NCBI GenBank assembly: GCA_044229845.1
Contig: JBGASG010000003.1
Coordinates: 128,001-192,000, forward strand
DNA length: 64,000 nucleotides
DNA from: Candidatus Obscuribacteraceae bacterium
Lineage (GTDB): Bacteria > Cyanobacteriota > Vampirovibrionia > Obscuribacterales > Obscuribacteraceae
Direction: 5' to 3'
Positions 37,682 to 47,313 of the stretch are shown piece after piece (within the stretch, counting starts at the first letter, position 1; the number at the start of each line of letters is the position of its first letter). The notes below the pieces were generated by a model. The model saw only the letters and a program-made list of their open reading frames with translations. It did not search any database and was not told the DNA's origin. The translations under genes were made by a program, and so were the position numbers.

Positions 37682-40600
37682 CTAAATGACACCTGCGCCA
37701 ATTCGGGGCACTGCGTCCAGCGAACCTCCGGCTCCTTCCTGAACTATTCGGCAGTAGAGATTTACCAGTTCCATCTGCTCAACCGACGAACATCGCGCCA
37801 GAGTCAGCTGCGGTGAGCCGACCACGATGGCCAGCGTCTGCGCTCTCGATACAGCCACGTTCAGACGGTTTCTGTTCAGCAAAAACTCCAGTCCGCGGGG
37901 AGAGCTGTCACCATCGCTGGTGCACATAGAAATGATCACGATGGGGCGTTCCTGCCCTTGAAACTTATCCACCGATCCGACATTGGCCTCGGGCAGAAGC
38001 TGTTTGATTTTGCGCACCTGCATATTGTAGGGCGCCACGATCAAAATATCGTCCAGGCGCAGCGTCTGTGCTTCACTAAAGTGCTCATCCAGTCTGCGAC
38101 ACGTCAGCAACTCATCGACGACCTGCTTGATGCATTCAGCTTCTTCCAGACTGCCCTGAGTGTTTCCTTCATGCTCGACCGGAATATACAGAATGCCCGA
38201 CTGTTTTGAGATAAACCGACGACTTCGTTCCGGCAGAACGAGAACGCGTTTCTCTGTCTTTTCATCAGCCGCCAGGCGCCCCTCATACACCGCGTCCGAG
38301 ATAAACTGGCAAAGCCGCGGGTGCATGCGATGTGTGGTGCCCAGAAAAATACCCAGATCAGAGGGAATCGTGGCGTGGTCCTGCAGGAAATACTCCAGCG
38401 TAGACTTGCCGCTGTCGCCTGGATGCGTGCCTTGAGTCGGTTGTCCAAGCTGCATCTGGTCTCCCATCAAAACAATGTTGCGGGCGCACGGAGCCATGCC
38501 GACCAGATTAGCCAGAGCCACCTGCCCGGCTTCATCGACAAAGAGGTAATCCAACTTACCGCGCGCGCAGTCCAGCACAAATGCCCAGGCGCTGCCACCG
38601 ACCAACTGGTAATCGAGCTCAGCCCGATCGAAAACATCGCGTCCCGAAGGCGCGCTGGTGATGCTGCGGAAACGATCCAGCAATCCGTCCCCGTCCTTCT
38701 TGATCTTCACTCCGCAAAAGTGAACGCCAAGGCCTTCCGCCACCTCAGCGACTTTGCTCATCAGGTGAGAAACCGCTTTGTGACCGTTTGAAGAGATGCC
38801 GACCTTTTTGCCGGTGCGTATCAATTCAACAATCGCTCGTGCAGCTTGATAGGTCTTCCCGGCGCCGGGCGGGCCTTGTATGCATAGGGACGTGTTGTCC
38901 ATGCGGCTGATCACGTCCGCGACATCGACCGCGGCACCACCATGTTCGACGGCTGACAGACCGTTTCCGTGCAGGCGGGGAGGCTGGCGGTCGATGAAGT
39001 CGGCAATCGCCTGCGGCAGGGTATCCGTCTCCAGCCACTTGAGCACGGTGCGATAAATAGAGTCGGCAATCGGAGTGGCCGGCACATATTGATTGGGGAT
39101 GATATTGAGTTGGGGCGGCGCTTCCAGCCGGTTTCCGATGCGCAGCCAGACAAGCCCGCGGTCGCAATCTATATGCGCGATTTCGCACGTGGCTCGCAAA
39201 TCATGCGAGAAGAAACAGGGATCGCCTGTCTTCAGTTTGGTGTCCTGATCAGGATCAAATTTGTATTCGTAGATGCAACTGCGCCCACGATGCGGTCGAG
39301 CCGGAGATGTTTCGGTGCGCTCCAGCCCGGAAAGGCAATCGATGTCGTCAAAGAGTTCTTCCTCGCTCATCTCGTGCCTGGCATACATCGCCCAGAATAC
39401 CGGGCGCGCTTCGCGCCAGTGAAATTCCAGAAGCCAGGCAAAGAGCTCGAGCAGACGTTTCCTCTCCTCATTTCTTTCAGTCGTCGCCATCGCCAACAAC
39501 TCCTCCGCGAGCTTGGCGGCTCGCGCTCTGGACTGACTGGAGGCTGAAGGTCCGCTTTCGGAGCTTTCATCCTCCTCGGGAGGAGCGGGCGGAGTCGGAG
39601 GAATGTAGCTTACTCCTTCTCCTCTTTGAACGGTCCGCAGCCATTCAGCCAACTCCCAGGTCGAAATGCAGTCTTCCTCGTTGTAGGCGCGAATGCCGCC
39701 CAGAATGGCCGATGTTTCCCAGGTGTCACCATCTCTGGTATCAAGCCAGTTTTGATACTGAACCACCGATTCTGACGCGGTGGCTACCGCGCCACTGCGG
39801 GCATCTTTGTAGAGGTGCTCGACGTACTTGATCGAGTAGCTGGGCTCGCCGATGCGTACGGAGTTTTTGACCAGCTTATAGAGGTCGACAAAAACTTGAC
39901 CGCGCAGCAAGGCATCGATCTGAACTTCCCGGCTGCCGTACTTGCCCATCAACTTGCGCAGACGAGTGACCTCGTAGTGCCCATAGTGATAGATGTGCAT
40001 GTCTGGATCGCGCTGCCAGCGATCAAAGACCCAGTCCACAAAGTCTTCAAAAGCAATCTTTTCCTGCGGGTTTGTATGAGCCCACCAGTCTTTGAATCCC
40101 AGCTTGCCGCCTTGCTCAAAGGTGACCCCGAACAGGTACTCCAGTCCACCTTCAAAATACGGAAAACCTTCCATATCAAAACAGACATCCAGGGGGGATG
40201 CGGGCGGCAGCAAAGCCAGACCGCTACGCGGTGCATCGGCAACCGGTGGCAAAACCTCGTACTGAGTTTTGCCCGCCTGGAGCGTTCGGGCCTGGATGGC
40301 GGCTTGCGCACGCAGAGCAGCAAATGTGGATGGATTTAAGTCAGGTACATGATGCAATTCAGTGACAGCAAGCTGAGAGAAAGTCTGAATGCCGGCGGCT
40401 TGTAATTTGGCGATCTGACTCTGGCGAATGCCCGCCACCTGCGACAGGTGATCGACCTCATCCAGCCAGGCTTGCGCCAGCGACGCCCAGCGCCCATATA
40501 GCTCCAGACCGTTCGGCTCGGGACGCATCGCGTCGTCATCGGCAAATGAATATTGAAACTGCAGAAAGCGCTCCTTCAATTGCCGATGGAGGTACAAGAA

Positions 40601-41176
40601 ATTGGCGCTGCGAAAGGCAACCCGCTTCTTGCTGCCCAGGACTACCCGCACCATTTCAGGAAACACTCCTTGCACATCGGCCAAAATCTCCGAATAGCAA
40701 AGCAATTGAATGAGAAAGTATGGCTTGGCGTGATTAGCCAGTTTTGTGTCCCAGACCTCGTACTGAAACGCACCGAGCGCCGGCGACGGTTTCTCGACTC
40801 GCACCAAAAAATCCGAGTAGCCGCCGAACTCGCCCAGAAAGAGCGCTCCTTGATATATGACGTCATAACCGGCGTCTATGGCGCGTCTTGTGTCCGCGAT
40901 GCGCTCGGCATCGCTGACGCGCCGGCCTTCAGGCGTCCGGTCTTTGACTTCGTAGACACTGCGCCCTTCCAGCTTCAGAGTCTCAAAAAACTCATGTTCG
41001 TGATCTATCCCCTTGCGCGCTGTCAGTTGGCGGTCGGCAGGGTCAGGATCGGGTTTTACCTGGTCTGGATGCTCGAGATAGTAGCGATCCATCCACGAGT
41101 CAAACGGCGATCCCATGAACTTGATGAGATCGGATGGGGAAAAGATTAGCTGACGCGTCTCTTCGTTCCTGCGCAT
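37682..41176 (-). CDS. TM0106-family RecB-like nuclease fused to an RNase H-like domain and an SF1 (Upf1/Dna2-like) helicase
   Basis: 'GYSDFL...YEVWDTK', 'FDMEG...YLFG', 'SYSIKYVE', 'YNEEDC', Walker A 'QGPPGAGKT', 'DEAGQ', 'GDQMQL', 'VDKFQGQE', 'RLNVAVSRA'. Confidence 0.92.
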   Translation of the reverse strand: MRRNEETRQLIFSPSDLIKFMGSPFDSWMDRYYLEHPDQVKPDPDPADRQLTARKGIDHEHEFFETLKLEGRSVYEVKDRTPEGRRVSDAERIADTRRAIDAGYDVIYQGALFLGEFGGYSDFLVRVEKPSPALGAFQYEVWDTKLANHAKPYFLIQLLCYSEILADVQGVFPEMVRVVLGSKKRVAFRSANFLYLHRQLKERFLQFQYSFADDDAMRPEPNGLELYGRWASLAQAWLDEVDHLSQVAGIRQSQIAKLQAAGIQTFSQLAVTELHHVPDLNPSTFAALRAQAAIQARTLQAGKTQYEVLPPVADAPRSGLALLPPASPLDVCFDMEGFPYFEGGLEYLFGVTFEQGGKLGFKDWWAHTNPQEKIAFEDFVDWVFDRWQRDPDMHIYHYGHYEVTRLRKLMGKYGSREVQIDALLRGQVFVDLYKLVKNSVRIGEPSYSIKYVEHLYKDARSGAVATASESVVQYQNWLDTRDGDTWETSAILGGIRAYNEEDCISTWELAEWLRTVQRGEGVSYIPPTPPAPPEEDESSESGPSASSQSRARAAKLAEELLAMATTERNEERKRLLELFAWLLEFHWREARPVFWAMYARHEMSEEELFDDIDCLSGLERTETSPARPHRGRSCIYEYKFDPDQDTKLKTGDPCFFSHDLRATCEIAHIDCDRGLVWLRIGNRLEAPPQLNIIPNQYVPATPIADSIYRTVLKWLETDTLPQAIADFIDRQPPRLHGNGLSAVEHGGAAVDVADVISRMDNTSLCIQGPPGAGKTYQAARAIVELIRTGKKVGISSNGHKAVSHLMSKVAEVAEGLGVHFCGVKIKKDGDGLLDRFRSITSAPSGRDVFDRAELDYQLVGGSAWAFVLDCARGKLDYLFVDEAGQVALANLVGMAPCARNIVLMGDQMQLGQPTQGTHPGDSGKSTLEYFLQDHATIPSDLGIFLGTTHRMHPRLCQFISDAVYEGRLAADEKTEKRVLVLPERSRRFISKQSGILYIPVEHEGNTQGSLEEAECIKQVVDELLTCRRLDEHFSEAQTLRLDDILIVAPYNMQVRKIKQLLPEANVGSVDKFQGQERPIVIISMCTSDGDSSPRGLEFLLNRNRLNVAVSRAQTLAIVVGSPQLTLARCSSVEQMELVNLYCRIVQEGAGGSLDAVPRIGAGVI

Positions 41177-41334
41177 GCAAAGCCTTTCGCGCGATGCCAG
41201 AATTTTAGCATCAGATGATTAAGAACTGCCGCACCCGCCTTATTGTGACTGAAAAGCTGCATGGTTGCACAGTTTGGCCGTTTTCTAATTTGGGTATGTA
41301 GTCCAATAGCGTTGCCGCCAGCGAGTGTACTGCC

Positions 41335-41982
41335 ATGTCCAATTCGAAGAATTACATCAAAGCGGGAAACCCCACAACTCCGGTATCCGAGTTACGCATG
41401 CTGCTCCGCGACAACAGCGCGCGAGTGCGGCAACGTCTCGCTTGTAATCCCAATACACCGCTCGATGTGCTGGCGGAACTGTCCCGAGACGAAGATCTGG
41501 AAGTGCGCATTCACGTAGCGCGCAATCCGCAGATACCGGTGGAACTTCTCAAACAGCTGGCAACGGACGAGAATATATACGTTCGCTTCGGTGTGGCGGC
41601 CTGTGCCGAAGCCCAGAGAGATACATTAGAACAACTGGCACGAGATGATAACCCGTACGTGGCACACCAAGCCATTCGTACGCTGGAAGGGATTGCGCTG
41701 GAAGAAGCGCTCGAAGAGATTGGCTGGGAATATGTTCACGGCGAAACCCAGCGTTTAGGCGAATTACTGGTGCTGGCGAAGTTATTATCAGAAGAACAGG
41801 TCCGCGAGTTTTTGCGGCATAGCGTGGAATCAAGCACCCCACTGGGAAGAACACTCGTGCAATCACGGGCGATACCGCGTAATACGGTAGTGATCGCTCT
41901 GGACTTGCAATTACTGATTCGCCGTGATGCAATGGAACCCGAGGTAGCCATCAGCGTCTTGCAGAAGAAGGGTCGACTTTAA
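41335..41982 (+). CDS. LRV-repeat protein with C-terminal MshEN-like module
   Basis: 'VRQRLACNPNTP..L..L..D' repeats; 'RLGELLVLAKLL...PLGRTLV...ALDLQ'. Confidence 0.75.
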   Translation: MSNSKNYIKAGNPTTPVSELRMLLRDNSARVRQRLACNPNTPLDVLAELSRDEDLEVRIHVARNPQIPVELLKQLATDENIYVRFGVAACAEAQRDTLEQLARDDNPYVAHQAIRTLEGIALEEALEEIGWEYVHGETQRLGELLVLAKLLSEEQVREFLRHSVESSTPLGRTLVQSRAIPRNTVVIALDLQLLIRRDAMEPEVAISVLQKKGRL

Positions 41983-42044
41983 CTGCCGCAGCAAACTCCC
42001 TCAAGACTCCACGGGCGGTGCGCCCCTAGAAACGGTCCCGCAAT

Positions 42045-42599
42045 ATGAAAAATCTACTTTCCCGGCTGCCCGGCCTGGTGTTGGCATGCTGCTGCGCCTG
42101 GTCGTGGGCATCCTCATCAAACGCGCTTGCTGTGCAGAGCGCGCCGCAACCCGCCCCCGCAGCGAAGGTCCAGTTCTGCTTCACAGGACTGGTGGTTGGC
42201 ATCTCAGATGGTGACACAATCAGCGTTATGCACGCAGGTCGCCCGGAGAAAGTGCGGCTCTCAGACATCGATTGCCCGGAAAGCCGCCAACCATACGGGC
42301 AGCGCGCCAAGCAGTTTACCGCCAAAGCGGCATTCAACAAAAACGTAACCGTCAGAGTCTGCGGCAAAGACAAATACGGACGCTCGCTAGGAGAAGTGTT
42401 TCTCCCCAATCACGCCAGCCTTAATACCGACCTTTTGAAATCCGGACTGGCCTGGGTCTATTTGAACCGCAGCAGCGATACCGCCAAGCACAAGGCACAA
42501 TCCAGGGCCCAGCTGACGCGCCGCGGGCTATGGCAAGACAAAGAGCCGATTCCGCCCTGGCAGTGGCGGAAGCTGGCAAAACAAAAGCAACTCCCCTAA
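42045..42599 (+). CDS. Secreted thermonuclease (SNase family)
   Basis: 'SDGDTI', 'VRLSDIDCPE', 'DKYGRSLG', 'GLAW', 'RRGLW...PPWQWR'. Confidence 0.92.
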   Translation: MKNLLSRLPGLVLACCCAWSWASSSNALAVQSAPQPAPAAKVQFCFTGLVVGISDGDTISVMHAGRPEKVRLSDIDCPESRQPYGQRAKQFTAKAAFNKNVTVRVCGKDKYGRSLGEVFLPNHASLNTDLLKSGLAWVYLNRSSDTAKHKAQSRAQLTRRGLWQDKEPIPPWQWRKLAKQKQLP

Positions 42600-42693
42600 T
42601 TTGCCTGCTCAATAGCGTCACCTATACGACAATCACAGCACGAGCCGCACGCGTACCGCGCGTATAATACGGGCATAGCAGATTTGCACATGC

Positions 42694-44022
42694 TTGTGCG
42701 ACCGTGCCGATTGTGCACCCCGGTGGCGACATCCAGTGGCAGCTAACGTCGACTACAACAAACTATTCAAAGCAGCGATTATTGCGCTTGGATTGGTGTG
42801 GGTGGCGTTCGCCTATTTCACACTGGCAAATCCGACCAAACAACCGCTTCTCTGGGTGGAAAACGGAAAAACGATCAACACCGATTTTTCACAGGACTAT
42901 CAAATCGGTGTCATCGCTTGCTCGCCGGAGAGATTTCAGGCCTACGACCCAGAAGTGCAAAACAGCGTGCTCGATCGACTGGCGTACCCGATGCCGCCGC
43001 AGCAAGGGCAAACGATCGTGATTCAATGCATGCCGACCTGGTTCGTCCTCATGGCACCACTGAGCTGGCTACCCATGCGTGAGTCGTATTACCTGTTCTA
43101 CGCATCATCGCTGTTATGCACCACTGCCGGACTCTATCTTCTGGCGCGCAAGATAGGCGGCATGTCGCTCTTCGGCGCGACACTCTTGCTGATTTGCTTT
43201 TTGACCAGTGCACCAACCATATATGCAGCCCGCATTGGCAAGTCGGTATTGTTCTTTCTGCCGCTGCTGTGTTGTTTCTTCTATTTCTGGGTGAAAAGGA
43301 AGTCGATTCCGGCAGGATTATCTCTGGGGCTGGCCCTGGTGCGGCCTCAATATTCGGTCATTTTTTTGGCACCGGTCGTCATGCGCAAGCAATGGAAGAT
43401 GCTGGCGACGATCGTCGCTACGCAGACGGTGCTGCTCGCTGCATCCGCACTGACTCTCGGTGTATCGAACGTCATAAATTATCCATCCATCCTGTTTCAC
43501 CACGAAACCCGCGAAGGTTATGTGGGCGTCAATCCACAATTGATGATCTCGTTGCGCGGAGCTTTGAGTGGATTTCCGCAACCGATTGTCTTGGCGCTTT
43601 CCTGTGCCATATTCGCCACGGTTTTCTTCGTTTTGCTCAAGGTATTCAGTCTCAAAGAAACTCGCAAGATCAGTGACGCCTGGCTATTGTCGCTGGTTTT
43701 GATCGCCGCGATGATTGTCACTCCTCACAGCCATTATTACGACGTCATAATGCTTGGCATTCCCGCAGCCCTGACGTTGTCCAATCAAGTCAAATCGGAG
43801 GTGGGCGGCGGGTTCGCTTACAGCCTCTGGCGACTTTGCTTCTATGTCGCACCGATACTGAGCTACGGACGGCTCCTTTACAGTTCCGTCCCGCCGGCTT
43901 ACATATTCCTACCGTTAAATTTGCTACTGCTTATCGCGGGTTGTATCATCTCGTTTAAGAAGCCTGATAGCCCGACTGGTCACGATCACGATGGAACTCT
44001 CGAGGAGAAGGTCTGTTTATGA
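42694..44022 (+). CDS. GT87/DUF2029-like multi-pass glycosyltransferase (start uncertain)
   Basis: 'DFSQDY' loop after first TM, 'APLSWLP', 'LVRPQ', 'TPHSHYYD'. Confidence 0.7.
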   Translation: MCDRADCAPRWRHPVAANVDYNKLFKAAIIALGLVWVAFAYFTLANPTKQPLLWVENGKTINTDFSQDYQIGVIACSPERFQAYDPEVQNSVLDRLAYPMPPQQGQTIVIQCMPTWFVLMAPLSWLPMRESYYLFYASSLLCTTAGLYLLARKIGGMSLFGATLLLICFLTSAPTIYAARIGKSVLFFLPLLCCFFYFWVKRKSIPAGLSLGLALVRPQYSVIFLAPVVMRKQWKMLATIVATQTVLLAASALTLGVSNVINYPSILFHHETREGYVGVNPQLMISLRGALSGFPQPIVLALSCAIFATVFFVLLKVFSLKETRKISDAWLLSLVLIAAMIVTPHSHYYDVIMLGIPAALTLSNQVKSEVGGGFAYSLWRLCFYVAPILSYGRLLYSSVPPAYIFLPLNLLLLIAGCIISFKKPDSPTGHDHDGTLEEKVCL

Positions 44023-44822
44023 AGTCCCGAAATGTCCTGTTAGCAATGGCTCTGGTGACGCTGGGCAGCCTGCCGCTGGCACAGCTGACTCCTGCTGCCC
44101 AAAGCGGCAAAGTCGAGGGCGCCAAAGACCTCTTCTACAAGCAACTGGACAAGCCACAGCTGGCTATGAATACGGGCGTGCAGTACTGGATTGAGCTGCA
44201 TCGAAAGGGACAGGTTTTGAAAGTCTCCAACAAGACAGCATTTTTCAGCGGCGACAAAATTCGCTTTCACGTCCGTCCGAATATCGACGGTTACGCGTAC
44301 GTGCTCTTAAAAAGTGGCAGCAGAGGCGATCGAGACGTTCTTTTCCCGGTGGCCAAATACGGCGACGACAATCACATCGTTCACGGTCGCGACATCTCAA
44401 TTCCAGAGAAAGAAAATGATCTGTTGGAGTTCGACAACGACCCCGGCATCGAACACGTAGGCATCGTGCTGTCGCGCAAGCCGATCAACGCCCAGGAATA
44501 TCTCAATAAGACGCAGCCTGTCGTGATCGCATCCGGCATCGAAGGCAGTAAAGATCTGGTGCCGTCACGGGTGACCGTGCAGCCGGCAGCAGTTCAAGAA
44601 GCTCAATCAACAGATTCGCGGATTACGACCGTCGCTGCCACGGGCGTTCCGTCCACCGGCGCGGTACTTTCGGACAATCCGACGCAGCCCGTCAAGCCCA
44701 TTCCGGACCAGACACCGAGAAATCCCGGCGCCAGCAGCAACAAGGAAGAAACCGGCGTCACAACCGTGGTAACTGAAGACGCCGGCATTCTGGGCGTCGA
44801 CATTATGTTGCAGCACCTGTAA
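44019..44822 (+). CDS. Secreted DUF4384-like protein
   Basis: Signal peptide, 'GAKDLFY', 'FFSGDKIRFHVRPNIDGYAYV', 'FDNDPGIE'. Confidence 0.75.
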   Translation: MKSRNVLLAMALVTLGSLPLAQLTPAAQSGKVEGAKDLFYKQLDKPQLAMNTGVQYWIELHRKGQVLKVSNKTAFFSGDKIRFHVRPNIDGYAYVLLKSGSRGDRDVLFPVAKYGDDNHIVHGRDISIPEKENDLLEFDNDPGIEHVGIVLSRKPINAQEYLNKTQPVVIASGIEGSKDLVPSRVTVQPAAVQEAQSTDSRITTVAATGVPSTGAVLSDNPTQPVKPIPDQTPRNPGASSNKEETGVTTVVTEDAGILGVDIMLQHL

Positions 44823-44828
44823 GGCGCT

Positions 44829-46472
44829 TTACGGCTTCTTCCTGGGTGTCGCCTTCGGGGGAGCCGCTGGCGGCAAGGCGCCCGCGATATGATATTTTGC
44901 CTCCAGGGCGGCAGCGTCCTCGTTTTTCTGTTGCGAGCGCAGCAGCATCGCATAGTTTCTCACCGTGCGCGCGATCATCTCAGCTTTTCCAACCTGTTGA
45001 TATAACTCCAATGCTCGCACGTACTTCGCTTCCGCGTCGGCGAAATTTGCCGACTGCCAGGCGCGAATTGCGCTGTTGTTGAGTGCAGCTCCGAGATTTT
45101 CTTTGAACGTTGCGGTTTTTGGATCGAGTTTCATCGCCTCCTCAAATTTCTCGATCGCACCATCTGCATCACCTCTATTCAATAGCTGAACGCCACTGGC
45201 ATTGATACTGAGCGCGTCGGGAATGATCGACACATCGTCGGAATAAAGATGAACGATGGTTTTCTTGTCCCGATCGCTGAGCGATACCTCAGTGTCGGCC
45301 AGCGGCGACGTATCGAACATGATGTCTCCAGGCATGGTGCTGTGCCCCTGCAAGCCGCAGGCATGACCGACTTCGTGCAAACACTTCATGCGCATCAAGG
45401 TCGGAGTCAGAGGCCGGTCCGGAGCCGGGTCCAGTGTCAGCAACACAATAGTGGCGGAAACTATGCCGTCGGGGCCGGGAAAGATTCTGGCTTCACCACC
45501 TTCAGCCGCCCGCTGTGCAACATTTTGCAGGTCGTTGCGATTATTGCTCCACTTAACGGTCATGTCGGCTCCCTCAGTTTTGGGGACGAAAGTGAAAGCC
45601 AGTTTTCCTTCCGCCGCTGCCGACCAGTCGGCAAAAGCTTGTTTGAGTATATCTGCGTAGATCGGCTTGTAGCCCGGCACACCAGTGGCGTCAGCAACGA
45701 ACACCTTGATTGGCAGGCGATTTTGATTCCACTTCTGCGGGTGCCCGCGCGAAATTTCCACAAAGTAATCGGAACCATCGGCGGTACCACCGCCAAGATT
45801 CTGAATGTCCCTGGTCCGTTCTTGCTCTTTTTTGATGCCATTTACCATACCGTTGACCTTGACGGCAAACGGATTATTAGGAAAGCGTTTGAGAAACTCA
45901 CTGTAAGTCTGCAACGCCTTGACTTTTTGCCCATTGGCCTGATACATGTTGGCCAGGTTCATCCAGATTTCAGCACGCCCTGGACTCAACTGCACCGCTT
46001 TCTCCATTTGCGCAATTGCTTCCGGGGTGCGGCCCATCCGGGCCAGCACTACGCCCAGATTGCATTGCGCGTCCTCCAGAGTCGGATCGAGGGCAACCGC
46101 TTGCTGCAACTTATCTAGCGCGGGCTGCATCTGATTGGTACGCATCAGAGTCATAGCTTCCTGGACCAGCTGACCGGCCTGGAATGTTTTTTCAGATACG
46201 GGTTTACCGTTGCGTGTGTATTGCATCTTCTGGGCCGACAAGGGTCCGATTGATGCCACCATTAGCAGTGCCAAAACCGTGGTCCACGACATCCAACGAA
46301 ACATGCTCTTCCTCCAGACACCCCGGACGACCCGCGCGATTCGACGTAAGACTGACTGCGAGCTGCCGATATTCTCTTTGTACCACCCCTCAGCACGCAG
46401 GAGAATCAAGTGGGATACCACAAGCTGCCGATAAACTTCAAAGATAAAACGGCGTCGCGTCCCGTGGTACAT
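44829..46472 (-). CDS. Secreted TPR plus matrixin (M10-like) zinc metalloprotease (start probably near 46304)
   Basis: TPRs flank 'LHEVGHACGLQGHS...DIM...LSDRD'. Confidence 0.88.
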   Translation of the reverse strand: MYHGTRRRFIFEVYRQLVVSHLILLRAEGWYKENIGSSQSVLRRIARVVRGVWRKSMFRWMSWTTVLALLMVASIGPLSAQKMQYTRNGKPVSEKTFQAGQLVQEAMTLMRTNQMQPALDKLQQAVALDPTLEDAQCNLGVVLARMGRTPEAIAQMEKAVQLSPGRAEIWMNLANMYQANGQKVKALQTYSEFLKRFPNNPFAVKVNGMVNGIKKEQERTRDIQNLGGGTADGSDYFVEISRGHPQKWNQNRLPIKVFVADATGVPGYKPIYADILKQAFADWSAAAEGKLAFTFVPKTEGADMTVKWSNNRNDLQNVAQRAAEGGEARIFPGPDGIVSATIVLLTLDPAPDRPLTPTLMRMKCLHEVGHACGLQGHSTMPGDIMFDTSPLADTEVSLSDRDKKTIVHLYSDDVSIIPDALSINASGVQLLNRGDADGAIEKFEEAMKLDPKTATFKENLGAALNNSAIRAWQSANFADAEAKYVRALELYQQVGKAEMIARTVRNYAMLLRSQQKNEDAAALEAKYHIAGALPPAAPPKATPRKKP

Positions 46473-46502
46473 AGTTAAAAGCCCTTAGTAGCAGATAGAA
46501 TC

Positions 46503-47303
46503 GTGAATAAGCTCCCGAGCGAAAGCCCTGGTAGCGACGAGGCGGCGGAGCTCAGGCGCGCCACGACGCTGGACTCGCTGTGGCCGGGAACGCTGCTCGC
46601 CATGGTCACCAGTATCGCGGCAATTGTTCAGTCCAACTCATACTTGTTTGAACAACCGGTCCGGGATGGATTGCTGGACTTTGTCCTGATCGCCCAGGTG
46701 CCCTTGCTCTACTTCTGGTGTATGGGCGTGTTTCGCATCCGTCGCTTTCTGCACAGCCAGACTGAGTCTGGTACTTTCTCTGTGCTCATCGCGTCGTTGG
46801 CGACGGTGATGACCAGCCCGGTTGCTCCGCCTCTTGCCCACATCTTTGGCGGAGGCATAGTAGGCAAGGCGATTGAAGTCTTCATTTCGATGCCGGTGTT
46901 TCACATGCCACCTTCGGGTATCCGGCATGCTCTCATGGTCGCTCTGGCGGTGGTCCAGATGCTCCTGGTGTTCGTCTCGATCTTCGGCTCCTGCGCCTAC
47001 GTCATCTGGGGCAACGTCAGCCTGGTCTCGCGCATCACCAACCTCGTTAACAGCAACACAAAAATTGCCATCAATCCGCTTTTGCAGCAAATCTTCGTAT
47101 CCAGTGGCATGGCGGCGCCCTTTGTCTGGTACCTGTTCAACATGGGGCGTGACCCCTCGGACAGCGTATATTTCACTGCCCAGTCGATCGGATTTGCCGT
47201 AGCGTTCATCGCCATGGGCGAGCTAAATGAGAAACTGCGAAGGCTGGAAGTTGGGGCAACCAAGTCCACCAAACCCGCGGACGAAGAGAGCGAAAGTGGG
47301 TAG
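46503..47303 (+). CDS. Multi-pass hypothetical membrane protein
   Basis: About 6 hydrophobic segments; ends 10 bp before the kinase gene. Confidence 0.65.
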   Translation: MNKLPSESPGSDEAAELRRATTLDSLWPGTLLAMVTSIAAIVQSNSYLFEQPVRDGLLDFVLIAQVPLLYFWCMGVFRIRRFLHSQTESGTFSVLIASLATVMTSPVAPPLAHIFGGGIVGKAIEVFISMPVFHMPPSGIRHALMVALAVVQMLLVFVSIFGSCAYVIWGNVSLVSRITNLVNSNTKIAINPLLQQIFVSSGMAAPFVWYLFNMGRDPSDSVYFTAQSIGFAVAFIAMGELNEKLRRLEVGATKSTKPADEESESG

Positions 47304-47313
47304 TTAATAAACC

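Noticed and set aside
42694..44022. GT87-like enzyme as the glycosyltransferase for the Ser/Thr-ending pilins
   Set aside because: Separated by several unrelated genes and an opposite-strand gene; proximity alone is not evidence.
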